In this document: positions 1 to 12,950 of the stretch, one piece after another
Layout: every line of letters begins with the position of its first letter
Position numbering within the stretch: position 1 is the stretch's first letter
Assembly: GCF_009914755.1 (NCBI RefSeq)
Contig: NC_060942.1
Direction: 5' to 3' (one strand)
Length of the DNA: 64,000 nt
From: the human T2T-CHM13v2.0 reference genome, Homo sapiens
The notes under the pieces: model-generated
Databases searched by the model: none
Told to the model about the DNA's origin: nothing
What the model saw: only the letters and a program-made list of their open reading frames with translations
Program-made: the position numbers and the translations under genes

Positions 1-61
1 GAATACATATTTTTAACTGACTGCATTATTCATTAAGAAAGTCCTTAACTTTCTTGGCTGA

Positions 62-589
<528 letters not shown>

Positions 590-1099
590 TAATAAAACCT
601 ACAATAAGTTGTATGTGATAGATCGACTGCAAATAGTAATAATAATAATAATAATATAATAACGTCAACACCTAAAATTCATATCTTAAATCTGTATTAG
701 GCCTTTGCTATTCAAAGAGATTTGCATTCATCACCACATTTTGTCTTCTTTAAACTAAAGAAGATGAACTCCAGAAATATTAATAACTAAGCCTAGAACA
801 TTCAGCTTCTAAGGAACCAGATACTTGAGCAATGAGCTTCTAGATTCAATTGTTATTACATTAATAGTGACTTCTTCTACAGTAATTCAATTAATATTTT
901 TCTAAAATTATCACGTCATACTTTTATACCTTCAGCATTGCAAGGCAAGTGCTCTTCTCTTCAACAGCATGGATAACACCAGAGGGATAAGGATCTGAGC
1001 ATATTTCCCCATTGAGGCAACAGCTGAGGGAATGAGTCCTGTCTTCAAAGTTTGAAGCAAACTCAGCTCAGTAATTTTTATTTTAAAAATGCATAAATT

Positions 1100-1235
1100 A
1101 TTAGTAGTCACATTTGTGCACTGGGAAACTAAGATTCAGAAAATTTAAGAACTTATTACAAGATCATTAAATGAGCAAGTAGGAATTCAAACTCAGGATT
1201 TTCTGATTATAAATTCGACAGACTTCCCATTATAC
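1100..1235 (-). mobile_element. MIR fragment
   Basis: catttgtgcactgggaaactaagattcagaaaatttaagaactt...ggaattcaaactcagg resembles the reverse MIR core. Confidence 0.55.
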
Positions 1236-2913
1236 CAGAAGTGAGAAATTTATTATCTTTGGGTAGAACAAAAAAGAGAGATTTTTAAAAAAATGTCTAC
1301 CACTTTAATTTTCATTTAAGAAAGGCATTTGACCATGAAAATCCCTTAGATTACCTGTTTAGCTCAGACTGAATGACCCGGAAAAGCAAAAACAGCTAAA
1401 CTCACCAAAAATTCACATCTTCATGACTGCATTCTTCGTAAGTATTGGAAAAGTGGAATACCTGTGGTTTCATGAAAGATTTTAGAGGAATAAGACATCA
1501 AAGGGTTTTTCACTTTCATTTAAAGATTGCAATGGCTAATTATTCATGTTCAGGAGACAGTATGCAGAAAGCTGCTGGTATAATAAACTTGGTGATTATA
1601 AAATTAAATTAGCTTACGCTTCAAGTGAAAATATTTATAATGTATAACGAGTAAGCACGGGAGATACTGCTGCCAGAAGTTAGAAGAGTAATATTAACTC
1701 TTCTTTTAAGAACTATCAGGAAAAAGAAATTATGTAGGCATTGAGTTTGTAGATTCCCTAGACAAGTAAATCTGCACAGGTTTCTAAAGTTAATTTGTAC
1801 TAGCTACTTAATTAGAGCCTCTAGGCTTGTTCTGTGAGAGACAGGGACATTTCTAGTGAGTGTTGTTGCACATCCTCAATGATTAAAGAGATTTTTGACC
1901 CCGAATGCTCACATCTGGCAAACATACATCAAAGGTTAGAAACTCATAATCTACTTTATTTCATAGTAGAGAACTGAAATTTATCAGTATGAATTGAGAA
2001 TGACAGAAATTCAGCTGGACAAAACAATTTCCATGACTAAGTAGGACCCAAGGAAGAAAAGGCACTTCTCCAGTATTTTTTATTGTTGAGATACAATTTT
2101 ATCTTAAACCATGTTAATGTTTGCCTAGAAATCAAAAGAAGAGAATTCCAATTTACCCAACCTCTGTTACTTCGTTTGAAATGAAAACTCTCGTCGTGAG
2201 TTAGGTAGGTAGCTAGAAATTGTGGCAAAGGCAACACGGAAGGCATAAACTCTAACTGATTTAAAAGACTGAGAGAGTCCTGTATCAGCCACTGCAGCTA
2301 CTGGCACCTGCCCAAAACATGAAATTGAGCAGCAAATTATATTTTTCACAGTCTAAAGTGTAGTTTTATCTCCATCCCTACTGACCTATTTTAATGACTT
2401 CAAAATCATATGTTACAGGGACTGAAAGAGATGACTGTGATGATACTTTGTCTTATGTGTTTCAAATGAGTAGGATTAAATTTTGAAGTATTCATTTCAC
2501 AGGAGAAGCTCAAGATAATAGTATGGTTTATCTGGTGCAAGCAACAGAAAACAACATCATTTAATAGAAAAAAATCATTGAAATTATATGAAGAAGTCGA
2601 AAGTCAAAGGGAATTTATAACTAATGTGATAGATTGTAAGAAGGCCAACTCTGAGATGACTCAGGTCCAAATGTTTTTATCCCCTACTTAGAGACAAAGT
2701 CCAGGTAGAAAATGAGATGGGACTTGTATGTGTGTCACAAGCCAACTCTTAGAGTAGGAAAACAAAGAGCATCTTACTAATTTTCAGGTATGACATTAAA
2801 GATTCTTATGAGTATTTCCTGAAATAATACTGCATGTGTTAATAAAAATGAAGAAATTATGATTTCTAGGTAATATTGCGTGTGTCTGTTACACTCAGGA
2901 TGACAGAGTGATT

Positions 2914-3056
2914 TGTGTATTCGTTTTCTATTGCTCTGTAACACGTGGCCACAAACCTAGCAGCTGGAAACAGCATGTGTTTATTATCTCAAAATTCTGA
3001 GGTCAGATATCTGTGCTCAGTTGGGTTTTCCACTTAGAGTCTCTCAAGGCCAATAG
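2914..3056 (-). mobile_element. MLT1 (MaLR) LTR fragment
   Basis: tgtattcgttttctattgctctgtaaca...ccacaaacctagcagctggaaacagca...tttattatctc is a typical reverse MLT1 terminus. Confidence 0.6.
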
Positions 3057-5331
3057 CGTTTTGGATACTCTTCCCTCTCTCTTTTACCTTTTCAAATTAT
3101 ATTAATATCTCAGGATCCTTTTAAGTACCATCATGAAGTTTTCGGGGCTTCTTGAGTTCTCTCTGGTCTCCTCTAAGAAAATGCAGTACTCATAGTTTGT
3201 ATTATGTAAAATTAGATATTGATGGTAGTATTATTTTTGTGTTCTAAATTTTTGGCACTTTTTTTTTTTTACAAAGACTGCAAGCTATTACAGAGTGTCT
3301 ATTTCACACACATGTTATATCACCCAGGGTATCAACCAAAGTTTTAAATATATGGCAGATAGTGGTTATTGATTTTTTTTCCCATTTATGGACACTCTCC
3401 AATAAGATATAATGTCAAAATAAAATTATTTCAAACCTGAATACTTTCTTTTAAACCTGAAATACCACCCTTATTTTATATTCAAGTAAACACTTCCTTT
3501 TGGAAACTCTTTTTCATTTAAGAGACTGCAAAACCATTTACTCTCCTCTCTCTTTTATGTCCGTCTCTGTTCTTTGTCCATACAAATATTTCCATTTGGT
3601 AACAAAGCAAAATCTGTAATTGGAAGATAAACAACTGTAGGCACATGAAATAGAGTTGATTATCCAAGACAAAACAAAACTGTAGAAAAGTCAGTGTCAC
3701 ATAGAAAAACGTCATATGGACTCCTTATAACCAGCTTTCTGTGCCCTGGGTAGATATGTTTTGGAACCAGGTGGTTGGCTTAATAAGAGCTCTGGCACTA
3801 AACAAAAGGTTTTCAACCTTCAGGGCTCATCATTTGAACATATTCTTCAGGTGCCAGATTGGGCTGCCCTAGAGTTGATGGGGATTTGATGAAACTATAT
3901 AAATGTGCAGCTTAGAGGGACAGAGGGTCAGGATCCGGGAAGCAGGCAGAGACACTGAGAGAGGGAACTGATGAGAAATAACCTTAGAATGTACTGCAGT
4001 CTGACAAAATGCTGTGGAACTAGAGCCAGCCTATTAAGAAGCAAGGATTGGCCCCTCAAGCTGAGACATCTGGCCATTTCACCTTGGCCACTGATGGTGA
4101 AACAAAGGCAGTTCATCCTGGATTCAGGGAAAATTGGGATGGCTTTTCAATTGTCTCTGACATTTCCATTTTAGGACAATTTCAATGTGTTCTTATATTT
4201 CATATCAATTTTAGAAATCAATCATGTTTTCTTTTTATTATAGGCAATTTTTTATTGAGGTTATATATTATAGGGGCATTTCTTCTCAGATATAAAGGTC
4301 ATCTATATAGAGAAAATAGCATTAAGTGTCCTTCACGTCAGATTTGGAATTGTGGCTAAAATGGTCATATCTAAAAGCGTTTTCTAGTAAAATAATTGGA
4401 ACTTCCCCCACCTAAGAACCATTTTCATTCAGATAGAAAGTGCAAAGAATAAGTCTTGGGAGAGTCTTATTCTTGTACTTATCGTGAGGATTTCAAGCCT
4501 GGTTAGTTTGTGTTCCCTGAGGGACAACTTAGGCTTGTAGCATCTTGTATTTTAAAGTGTTGAGAAGCATGCTTCCATGTTACTCCCTCAATGAGGACCT
4601 CAACCTTGGACGGTGAGGAAAATATAGCTTGTATTTAGGGATTTCATGTAATTGTGAATTTAATTATCATATTTATGAAGGGAAAAAAGTATAAATAATT
4701 TTGAATGTTTGTGTTTAACATATATTATTTTCAGTATATTAATTAGATTCAGCCTTGCACCAGTCAATTAAAAAAGCAAAAACAAACAACAACAACTTTC
4801 TTTTTCCTAATTTGGGTCGAATTATTATTTTATAATCAATATGAATTTGTTAATTTAATAAGGATAAAACATACTTTAAGCAAATCTAAGAAAAGAAAAA
4901 GTCAATGGAATATAATTTTTAGCTTCTGGTATGACAGCTGTGAAGGTGGATCAACTAGTCTGAGGAAAGCCACACTCTCATGGAAAGGAAAATTAGGAGC
5001 AGGCATTCTAAATGATTTGAGTCCAGTGGATCGGTAAGGAGAGTTTCATTGGTGGAATTTTCATCCTTTCTACAATATACTATGAGGCCCAACCTCATTT
5101 TCTCTTTTTGTTTCCAGGCATAGGAGTCAATGACTAGTCAGAGATATGAGCTGTTATTTGTGTCTTGAGACACATTATTTCTGGGAGGTAAATGTTAACC
5201 TTAAGTAGAGGCAGGAGAATATGGGAGGGGATAATTGGTAATCTTTCCTTCATACAATACACAAATCAATAGGTCCACTTCCTTAGGAAAGAGTGTAAGC
5301 TTTTTGTATGTGCTTGTGGAATGAGGCATAT

Positions 5332-5412
5332 TTTTGATCAATGATTCTAGTCTCTCCTAATCCCTATGGAATCATTTTGATCAATTATTCTAGTCTCTCT
5401 TAATCTCTATAG
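5332..5412. repeat. Two-copy tandem duplication, 43-nt period
   Basis: ttttgatcaatgattctagtctctcctaatccctatgg (5332-5369) vs ttttgatcaattattctagtctctcttaatctctatag (5375-5412). Confidence 0.85.
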
Positions 5413-5784
5413 CTAAGAAGTCATTTTGCAGTCACATCCTTGCTTCCTCTAGCCCAATAGATGGCCTGGGTTTTCCTCAGCCAAGCAGATGATATATTAA
5501 TAAATCATTGTTCACCAGCAGGTGCGTCCAGATTTTACCTCATTGCCCTCACATTTCTGTCTGGTTGCCCATGAAGGCTCTGACCTGGGTTCCAGTTAGA
5601 CTGTCTCTCCTCAACCCTGCTTTGCAGAGCCAGTCCTTATGAGGCTCCTGGCTTGTTTATGCAGAGTTCTCCAATTTCTCTGTTGGAGCTGAAATCGTTT
5701 TGTTCTGTCTACTTCATTTGACTAGAACACTGACTCCTTAGGGGAAAAATATTGGTTTTATTTTTATTTGAATGCTTCCAGGAA

Positions 5785-5910
5785 TTGTGCCAACAGTTTT
5801 GTTTTTGTGTTTATTAGCTCATCCAATCTTGAAAACAATCCTAAGATGCTGTTATTACTGCTACTTTATAAACAAACAGAGGTTTATAAGAATTAATAAT
5901 TTACCCCGAA
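5785..5910 (-). mobile_element. MIR fragment
   Basis: tattagctcatccaatcttgaaaacaatcctaag...ctttataaacaaacagaggttta resembles reverse MIR. Confidence 0.5.
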
Positions 5911-6219
5911 TCATCTATTACTATAATTTTAGTTGAGAGAAAGCCTGATAATCATCTAAGTTCCTAAAGGGTCCCCATCTCCCAGTTTGCTTGCATTTTA
6001 GATCCTACTAGGTCTTCCAATTAACAAGTTTTTATGATTCTGATAATAAGGTGTTTTGTAGGTTGATGATTCTATTCCTTCACAATCTCAGTTCTAGCAC
6101 TTGAACTTATTATCTATCTCCAGATGTGAGAATTTTCTCACATGTTGTTCATCTTATTTTATTATAATTATTTTGTAATTTCAGGTTATTTTAATAATGT
6201 ATCTTCTTTTGACTTTACT

Positions 6220-6700
6220 GGATTCCAACTAAAAGTAGCTTAAACAAATTTAAAACAATAACAGCAATCATAAATATAAAATGGAAATTATTTATTTGAC
6301 AAATCCAAGATGCAGTTTGGGCAAAGGTGAAATAAGTTGTTCATTCGATCGTAGAGCCTTTTCTTGTTTTTATTTCTAGGCTTTAATAACCTCTATCTAG
6401 CTTTATGCTCAGGCATCCTCTATCCATACAGGGCATAATGTTATCTTGAAGACTCAGTCACATAATTTACTACTTGAATCAAGCCATTTTGAAATACAGT
6501 CTTAATTTATAATTTGTGTAGAAAAATCTCAAGTAATTCTTGAATTGGACGAACTTGAATAATGAGGCCTTCACTGAAGCAGTCAGGTTGGTTTAATAAT
6601 GGATGATCTGATGACAATGTCTGGGTAAAGTAACTGGGGAAGGGTCAATCCATTGAGACCATCTGAAATTGGTTTTTATGGAGAAAACTATAGAATATAT
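6220..6700 (-). mobile_element. Old MLT1 (J/K-like) LTR remnant
   Basis: ccaactaaaagtagcttaaacaa, ctttatgctcaggc and ttgaattggac...tcactgaagcagtca match reverse old-MLT1 landmarks; boundaries approximate. Confidence 0.4.
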
Positions 6701-6904
6701 TTGTTTGTTACCAAAAGAAAGAAGAAATTGATTTTGGACAGGCAAACATAATCATTGTACACAACGTGCTTTTATATTTAAATGGAGAACAAGAATATGA
6801 ATGATATAAAAATTAGGAAAGATTTTGTTTTCAACAAGGAAAATTCAAAGCAATTTACCTTATTAAATTATTAAGTATCTTTTTGGCCTTTTTTTCCAGT
6901 AATC

Positions 6905-7191
6905 TTTTTTTTTTTTTAGACGGAGTCTCACTCTGTCACCCAGGCTGTAGAACAATGGTGCGATCTTGGCCAACTGCAACCTCTGCCTCCAATGTTCAAG
7001 TGATTCTCCTGCCTCAGCCTCCTGAGTAGCTGGGACTACAGGCACCACCACACCTGGCTAATTTTTATATTTTCAGTAGAGACAGGGTTTTGCCATGTTG
7101 ACCAGGCTGGTTTTGAACTCCCAACCCCAGGTGATCTGCCCTTGGCTTACCAAAGTGCTGGGCTTACATGTGTGAGCCACTGCGCCCGGCC
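6905..7191 (-). mobile_element. AluSx-like SINE
   Basis: Reverse Alu with poly-T start; TSD tccagta(a/g)tc at 6895-6904 and 7192-7201. Confidence 0.93.
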
Positions 7192-7803
7192 TCCAGTAGT
7201 CATTTTTTAAATAAAAACAGTAAAATATGATATAAAAGTATATTTCTTTCTTAATTATGTGTAATTTACATGAAAATTTTACAATCATACGAAATTGCAT
7301 TAACTTGTATTATAATATTTTTATGAACAATTCATGGGACCAACACAGAAAATGCAGAATTTATACTTAGTCACTCCCCAATGGTAGAAACAACAGTTTC
7401 TTCCTATTGCAATTCTGCGTCCTAAAAATAAAAAATAATAATAATAATAATTTTAAAAAATACAGGAAAAATATTGACTGTGCTACTTCAGGAGAAACTG
7501 GAACAAACAGAAAAACATTAAAACTAAATCAAACAAACATGAATTTAAGGTATTTAAACTTTAAATCAAGTTAAAACACTAAAGTTGGAGCTATCCCATT
7601 GTTCTCTATGTGGATGAATCCAGTTTCATTTTGGAAAAAAAGGCAGTATATAATCTCTATATCCAGTTTGAATAATTACTTCACAATTTTCATAGTATAT
7701 AATTACAACCTAATAGATTCAAGAAAGTGGTGGGTATTTGTCCTCTTTTTTGATGTGTTCACAGCATCTAATGTAGTCTTACAGCACTTCATTAGAAAAT
7801 TAA

Positions 7804-9024
7804 CTCTTTTGAGAAGTGTCTGTTCATATCCTTCGCCCACTTTTTGATGGGGTTGTTTGTTTTTTTCTTGTAAATTTGTTTGAGTTCTTTGTAGATTCTG
7901 GATATTAGCCCTTTGTCAGATGAGTAGATTGCAAAAATTTTCTCCCATTTTGTAGGTTGCCTGTTCATTCTGATGGTAGTTTCTTTTGCTGTGCAGTAGC
8001 TCTTTAGTTTAATTAGATCCCATTTGTCAACTTTGGCTTTTGTTGCCATTGCTTTTGGTGTTTTAGACATGAAGTCCTTGTCCATGCCCATGTCCTGAAT
8101 GGTATTGCCTAGGTTTTCTTCTAGGGTTTTTATGGTTTTAGGTCTAAATTTAACAGACACTTCTCAAAAGAAGACATTTATGCAGCCAACAGACACATGA
8201 AAAAATGCTCATCATCACTGGCCATCAGAGAAATGCAAATCAAAACCACAGTGAGATATCATCTCACACCAGTTAGAATGGTGATCATTAAAAAGTCAGG
8301 AAACAACAGGTGCTGGAGAGGATATGGAGAAATAGGAACACTTTTACACTGTTGGTGGAGCTGTAAACTAGTTCAAACATTGTGGAAGATAGTGCAGCGA
8401 TTTCTCAGGGATCTAGAACTAGAAATACCATTTGACCCAGCCATCCCATTACTGGGTATATACCCAAAGGAATATAAATCATGCTGCTATAAAGACACAT
8501 GCACACGTATGTTTATTGCAGCACTACTCACAATAGCAAAGACTTGGAACCAAGCCAAATGTCCAACAATGATAGACTGGATTAAGAAAATGTGGCACAT
8601 ATACACCATGGAATACTATGCAGCCATAAAAAATGATGAGTTCATGTCCTTTGTAGGGACATGGATGAAGCTGGAAACCATCATTCTCAGCAAACTATCG
8701 CAAGGACAAAAACCAAACACTGCATGTTCTCACTCATAGTTGGGAATTGAACAATGAGAACACTTGGACACAGGAAGGGGAACATCACACACCAGGGCCT
8801 GTTGTGGGGGTTGGAGGGACAGATAGTATTAGGAGATATACCTAATGTATATAGGAGATATACCTAATGTAAATGACGAGTTAATGGGTGCAGCACACCA
8901 ACATGGCACATGTATACACATGTAACAAACCTGCACGTTGAGCACATGTACCCTAGAACTTAAAGTATAAGAGAAATATATGTATATATAAAAAAAGAAA
9001 AATAAAATGAAACTCAAAAAAAAA
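7804..9024 (+). mobile_element. L1PA5-like LINE-1, 5'-truncated with 5' inversion (inverted part 7805-8151)
   Basis: Minus-strand ORF2 piece (ORF 7792-8160) joined to plus-strand ORF2 C-terminus and 3'UTR (aatgtaaatgacgag...accctagaact); TSD agaaaattaa at 7794-7803 and 9025-9034. Confidence 0.93.
8197..8739 (+). pseudogene. L1 ORF2p C-terminal (cysteine-rich) remnant
   Basis: Translation [18 protein letters not shown]...[16 protein letters not shown]...[15 protein letters not shown] is the L1 ORF2p C-terminus; truncated, no promoter. Confidence 0.9.
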
Positions 9025-10675
9025 AGAAAATTAATAAGGATCTGTGGATTACCTAGTAAATTTTAAGCAATGCTTAGCCTTATGTAAGAACTTTTAATCA
9101 AATTTTATTGAAAATATTTTTATTTCTAAATCTAAAATTTAAGAAATAATGAAAATATTCATAACCGGGTTATTATATATAACTTTTGCATCAATCTGTC
9201 ACTAGTATAAGTTTTATCAAGCTAATTTACTGCCCGTATAAGACACTTGAACAAAGATGATCTTGCTTTGTAGGATTTCCTACATGAATACGAGAATGAG
9301 AGCTAAGGAGAATTGGAGGGCTGCTCCTTCATGAGCTTTGAAGTTGATTTTGCTTGTATATTTTGAGAGTAGGAGTAGCTTTGCTTCTTAAAACTCATAC
9401 CTAAATCCTGCAGAGAAACCACTAATAATCAGGATGCAACTCATTTCAAGATCCTTATACTTTGATTTTATTCCATATATTAACTTTTTTCTCCATTTAA
9501 CAAAATGCTATTGCAAGGGTTTATAATTCATTTTTTAAATAACTGCTCCCAATTATACAAACGTTTCCGACTCCTAACCAACAACCTAGAAATTGCTAGA
9601 CTCTTTTCCATCCCATGCTTAGAAGAGAGAGATTTGTCACACATTTGGGCATAAATGGTGCATTCCTAATATCACAGAATTAGTCTAGTCATTACTGTCC
9701 ACAACAATTTCTGTGTCCATCCATCCCTTCCTGGTATTCATTATGTGATCTATTTTTTTTTCACAATTCATTCATAACAGTATAAATAACCAGCTTAATT
9801 TTAGGAAGCTACATTTTACATCTTAGTGTTTATTTTCAACGTGTTATGTGCAAGATTGATTTTAGCATATGCAGCAGTGCATTCTTGAAGTTAATCTCAC
9901 AACTTCCTGATCAGTTGTCCTTATCTAACATTTTAGGATCTTCTTACAAAATGATGCATTATTTCCTGAAAACAAAAAAAAGTACATATTATTTAATATT
10001 TAAACAGCTAGTTCTTGTTTTTTGATTATTTATCGAATGCATTTGATTCGAAGTTCAATATAACAGACATTGAATAGACATGCTTATGAGAAGAATGAAA
10101 ATAAGCCCAAATAAAAAGGGGCAGATAGGCCAAGGTATTCCAACCCTGTATGCAGGAAAATAACTATTTGATTTGCTTATCAAATTTTATATTTCTCTTT
10201 CTAGGCTTAGTGTTTCTAAAGCCTCACGCTGTGCTTCAGTATTAAAAAGTCGAGCTAATAATGTTGTCATTAGGGAGGACAGTGAATACGAATTTGGTAA
10301 GTTATTCATAAATGTTCAACATTATTATGCAAATTGTATATTGCAATATAGTACTGTATAATAGAAGATAACATAAAATTGCTTGAAATATTACAAATTG
10401 TCTTCCGTTGACATTGTTGAGAATTTCTAAATTTCTATATTCTTTACGCTTTCAAATAAATTTAATTTTTGCAAGTTTTAAAAAATTGCAAAGTAATATA
10501 AACATTTTTCATAGGATTGAAATGTCAAGTAAGTTAGTAAAATAAATACTGGTTTTAGTTCGAACTCTATATAGATAGAACAAAGGGATGTCAGAGATGA
10601 ACAAAGGGAAACTCATGAGTTTTGGAGGGAGAATGGTGTTTTATAGAGTCACCTCACAAAATCACAGCATATGGC

Positions 10676-10772
10676 TTCTCTGTCTTTCCCTCCCTTCTCC
10701 TTCCCCACTCCTCTTCTTCTCTCCTCTCCCTTCTCTTCCCCTCCCCACCTCTTCTCTCTCTTCTCTTTTTCT
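10676..10772. repeat. CT-rich low-complexity polypyrimidine tract
   Basis: About 95 nt almost only C and T. Confidence 0.8.
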
Positions 10773-11775
10773 AGCTCATCTTGCTTGACCCTGAAAAGTA
10801 CCTCCCATCTCTCAATAACAGTATCACAAACACAGTACCATCCATATGTTAAATATTCAAATGAGGAGGCCTCTAAACCTGTTAGTCCATGTAAAATTAG
10901 TCCCTCAGTTCTAGGATTTCTAGCCCAGTTATGCAAGTTAAGTGTTTATCTAGTAAACAGGGTTGGTGTCAGATGTCCAGGTATTAATAAAAAGTGTCTT
11001 TGTTTTTCTTAGTATTATTTCTCCTCTCTCGGGATCACCAGAAAAGACTGAGGCAGGACCAGATTTCCTATGAAAGTTTTAATAGATCCCAATTATTGAG
11101 ATGTGATTCACAAGAGCACTGTAAATCGAGGTACTCTTGAATAATTTGGACAAGTCCAGTTGTACTTCCTGTTTCCAACTAACTCATCAATAAATGGCAG
11201 TTTAAACTCACAGGTGTCTAAAGTAACTTATAGCCCTAAATTCTTCAAACTTGTTATCTTTTTTCCCTGTTATTGTATTTTAAAGTTTTTATCATTTATG
11301 TGTATGTCCAAGTGTATATCAGAATTACATTCCATATGTTATTTTGGCACTGAAATGCCAAACTATATCAGTTTATACAAGCAAAATAACAGACATCACA
11401 AATTTGCTGAGAATTGTCTGTATACAAAATGCTATCCACATTTTGTTGGCAATTTGAGCCCTCCATTGTGGAATATAAGTAGTGGAAAGAGTAGTTGATA
11501 GTCCATTGTGTTTGGCAGAAAAAATATGTATTCATGTGTCCTCTCTTTAAGCTACTATTTTAAATGGAAAAAAGTAAAATAAAAATGAAAAAAATCAAAC
11601 AAAAGCCATTTGTTCTTATTTTATTCCCAAATAATGTCACACATTTCAATGACATTTAAAATCTGGTGAAGTTTGTTTCCATTCAAGTGTAGCATGGAAA
11701 TAATTTCAAACCAACTTTGGGACAGCAGTAGCAAATTGCTTCTTCGAAGTCATTGAGCATGGTGAATCACATCTT

Positions 11776-11806
11776 ACGCCATCTGTTGACAACATGGAAT
11801 TCTGCA
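11776..11806 (-). promoter_or_regulatory. Candidate CTCF site with upstream module; overlaps E-box CAGATG
   Basis: Minus strand tgcag-aatt-ccatg-ttg-tcaacagatggcgt vs extended motif TGCAGTTCC-N5-YRG-CCASYAGRKGGCRS; motif match only. Confidence 0.4.
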
Positions 11807-12780
11807 GGCTGGAAACTTTTGAGTAAACCCTAAGAAGTGTATTAGGCTGGAAGCTAATTTAGTTAGGAGAAAAACAACAACAACAACGCAGCAACAACAA
11901 AAAGCCATGGGGTGTCCTCATAAAAAAGCAAACAAAAGAAAGATCAAGAAGTGCAAACACGAAGCTTAGATTCTTCTTTATTTGCACACATCTGCTTACT
12001 GAACACATTCCAATTTAATTATATAGCCAAATTACCATCCCCTTACAGAACTATTGTCATGGTTTTCAGATTCTTCCAAGTGTCAATTTCAGTGTAACTC
12101 CCTGTATATTTTAAAACAATGCCTAAAAATTTTCCATTCTGTGCAATTATGTTACATCTGAGAATATGTGCATTTTTTTCTCATCTAATCAAATTTTTCA
12201 CATGAGTTCCCTAAAAATGCACGCTTTGTTGCATATATATCTGCCCAGGTCATTTGCCTCTGAATCTTACATAAATATATTAAAAAATAAGTACTTGATT
12301 TTCTTAGAAATATTAAAAATATGGAATATGTATTTCCTTTATTTTAAACTTAAGTAAACTAAACTTTCTGCTTATATAATAAGTGACAATTTTCATTTTA
12401 ACAAAGAAACTAACCCACTCCACTGATGACTGCTGCCATCAACCTCTGGAAATATTTTTAAAAACACATTTTTTAACAATAGTCTCAATTTTATAGACGT
12501 TGTGTTCTAAACATGAATTTATCCTAAAAATCTGTGCCAGAAGGGAAGGAAATTATTTAATGACAGGATATCTCATCCTGTGTTTTTCAACCAAAGGTAC
12601 TTGTTGTTTAGTGTGACATGGACCTATTTATAAAAAACTACTGAGGTATTAAATACATGCCTATAAATAGGACTCATTTTAGAAAAAGTAAAAGATGTTT
12701 TCTATTAAATATGGTTTATATTATTTAATAAATCAATCGGTGAAACATAAGATATAAAAACTGAAAAATAGTCCAGAGTC

Positions 12781-12857
12781 TATATATATATAGAGACAGA
12801 GACTATATATATATATATATATATACACACACATATATATATATATATATATAGTCT
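12781..12857. repeat. Compound (TA)n/(CA)n microsatellite with inverted flanks
   Basis: agac(ta)11 cacacaca (ta)10 gtct at 12800-12857, preceded by (ta)6. Confidence 0.9.
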
Positions 12858-12884
12858 ACAGGCAAGATAAATTTAGTAAATTAC

Positions 12885-12950
12885 CCACCAATTTATTTAT
12901 TCACCAAACATTTATTGAATGTATACTTTGTGTTAAGCATAGTGAAAGAC
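12885..12950 (-). mobile_element. L2 3' end fragment
   Basis: atttatttattcaccaaacatttattgaatgtatactttgtgttaagcatagtg is a reverse L2 tail. Confidence 0.5.
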
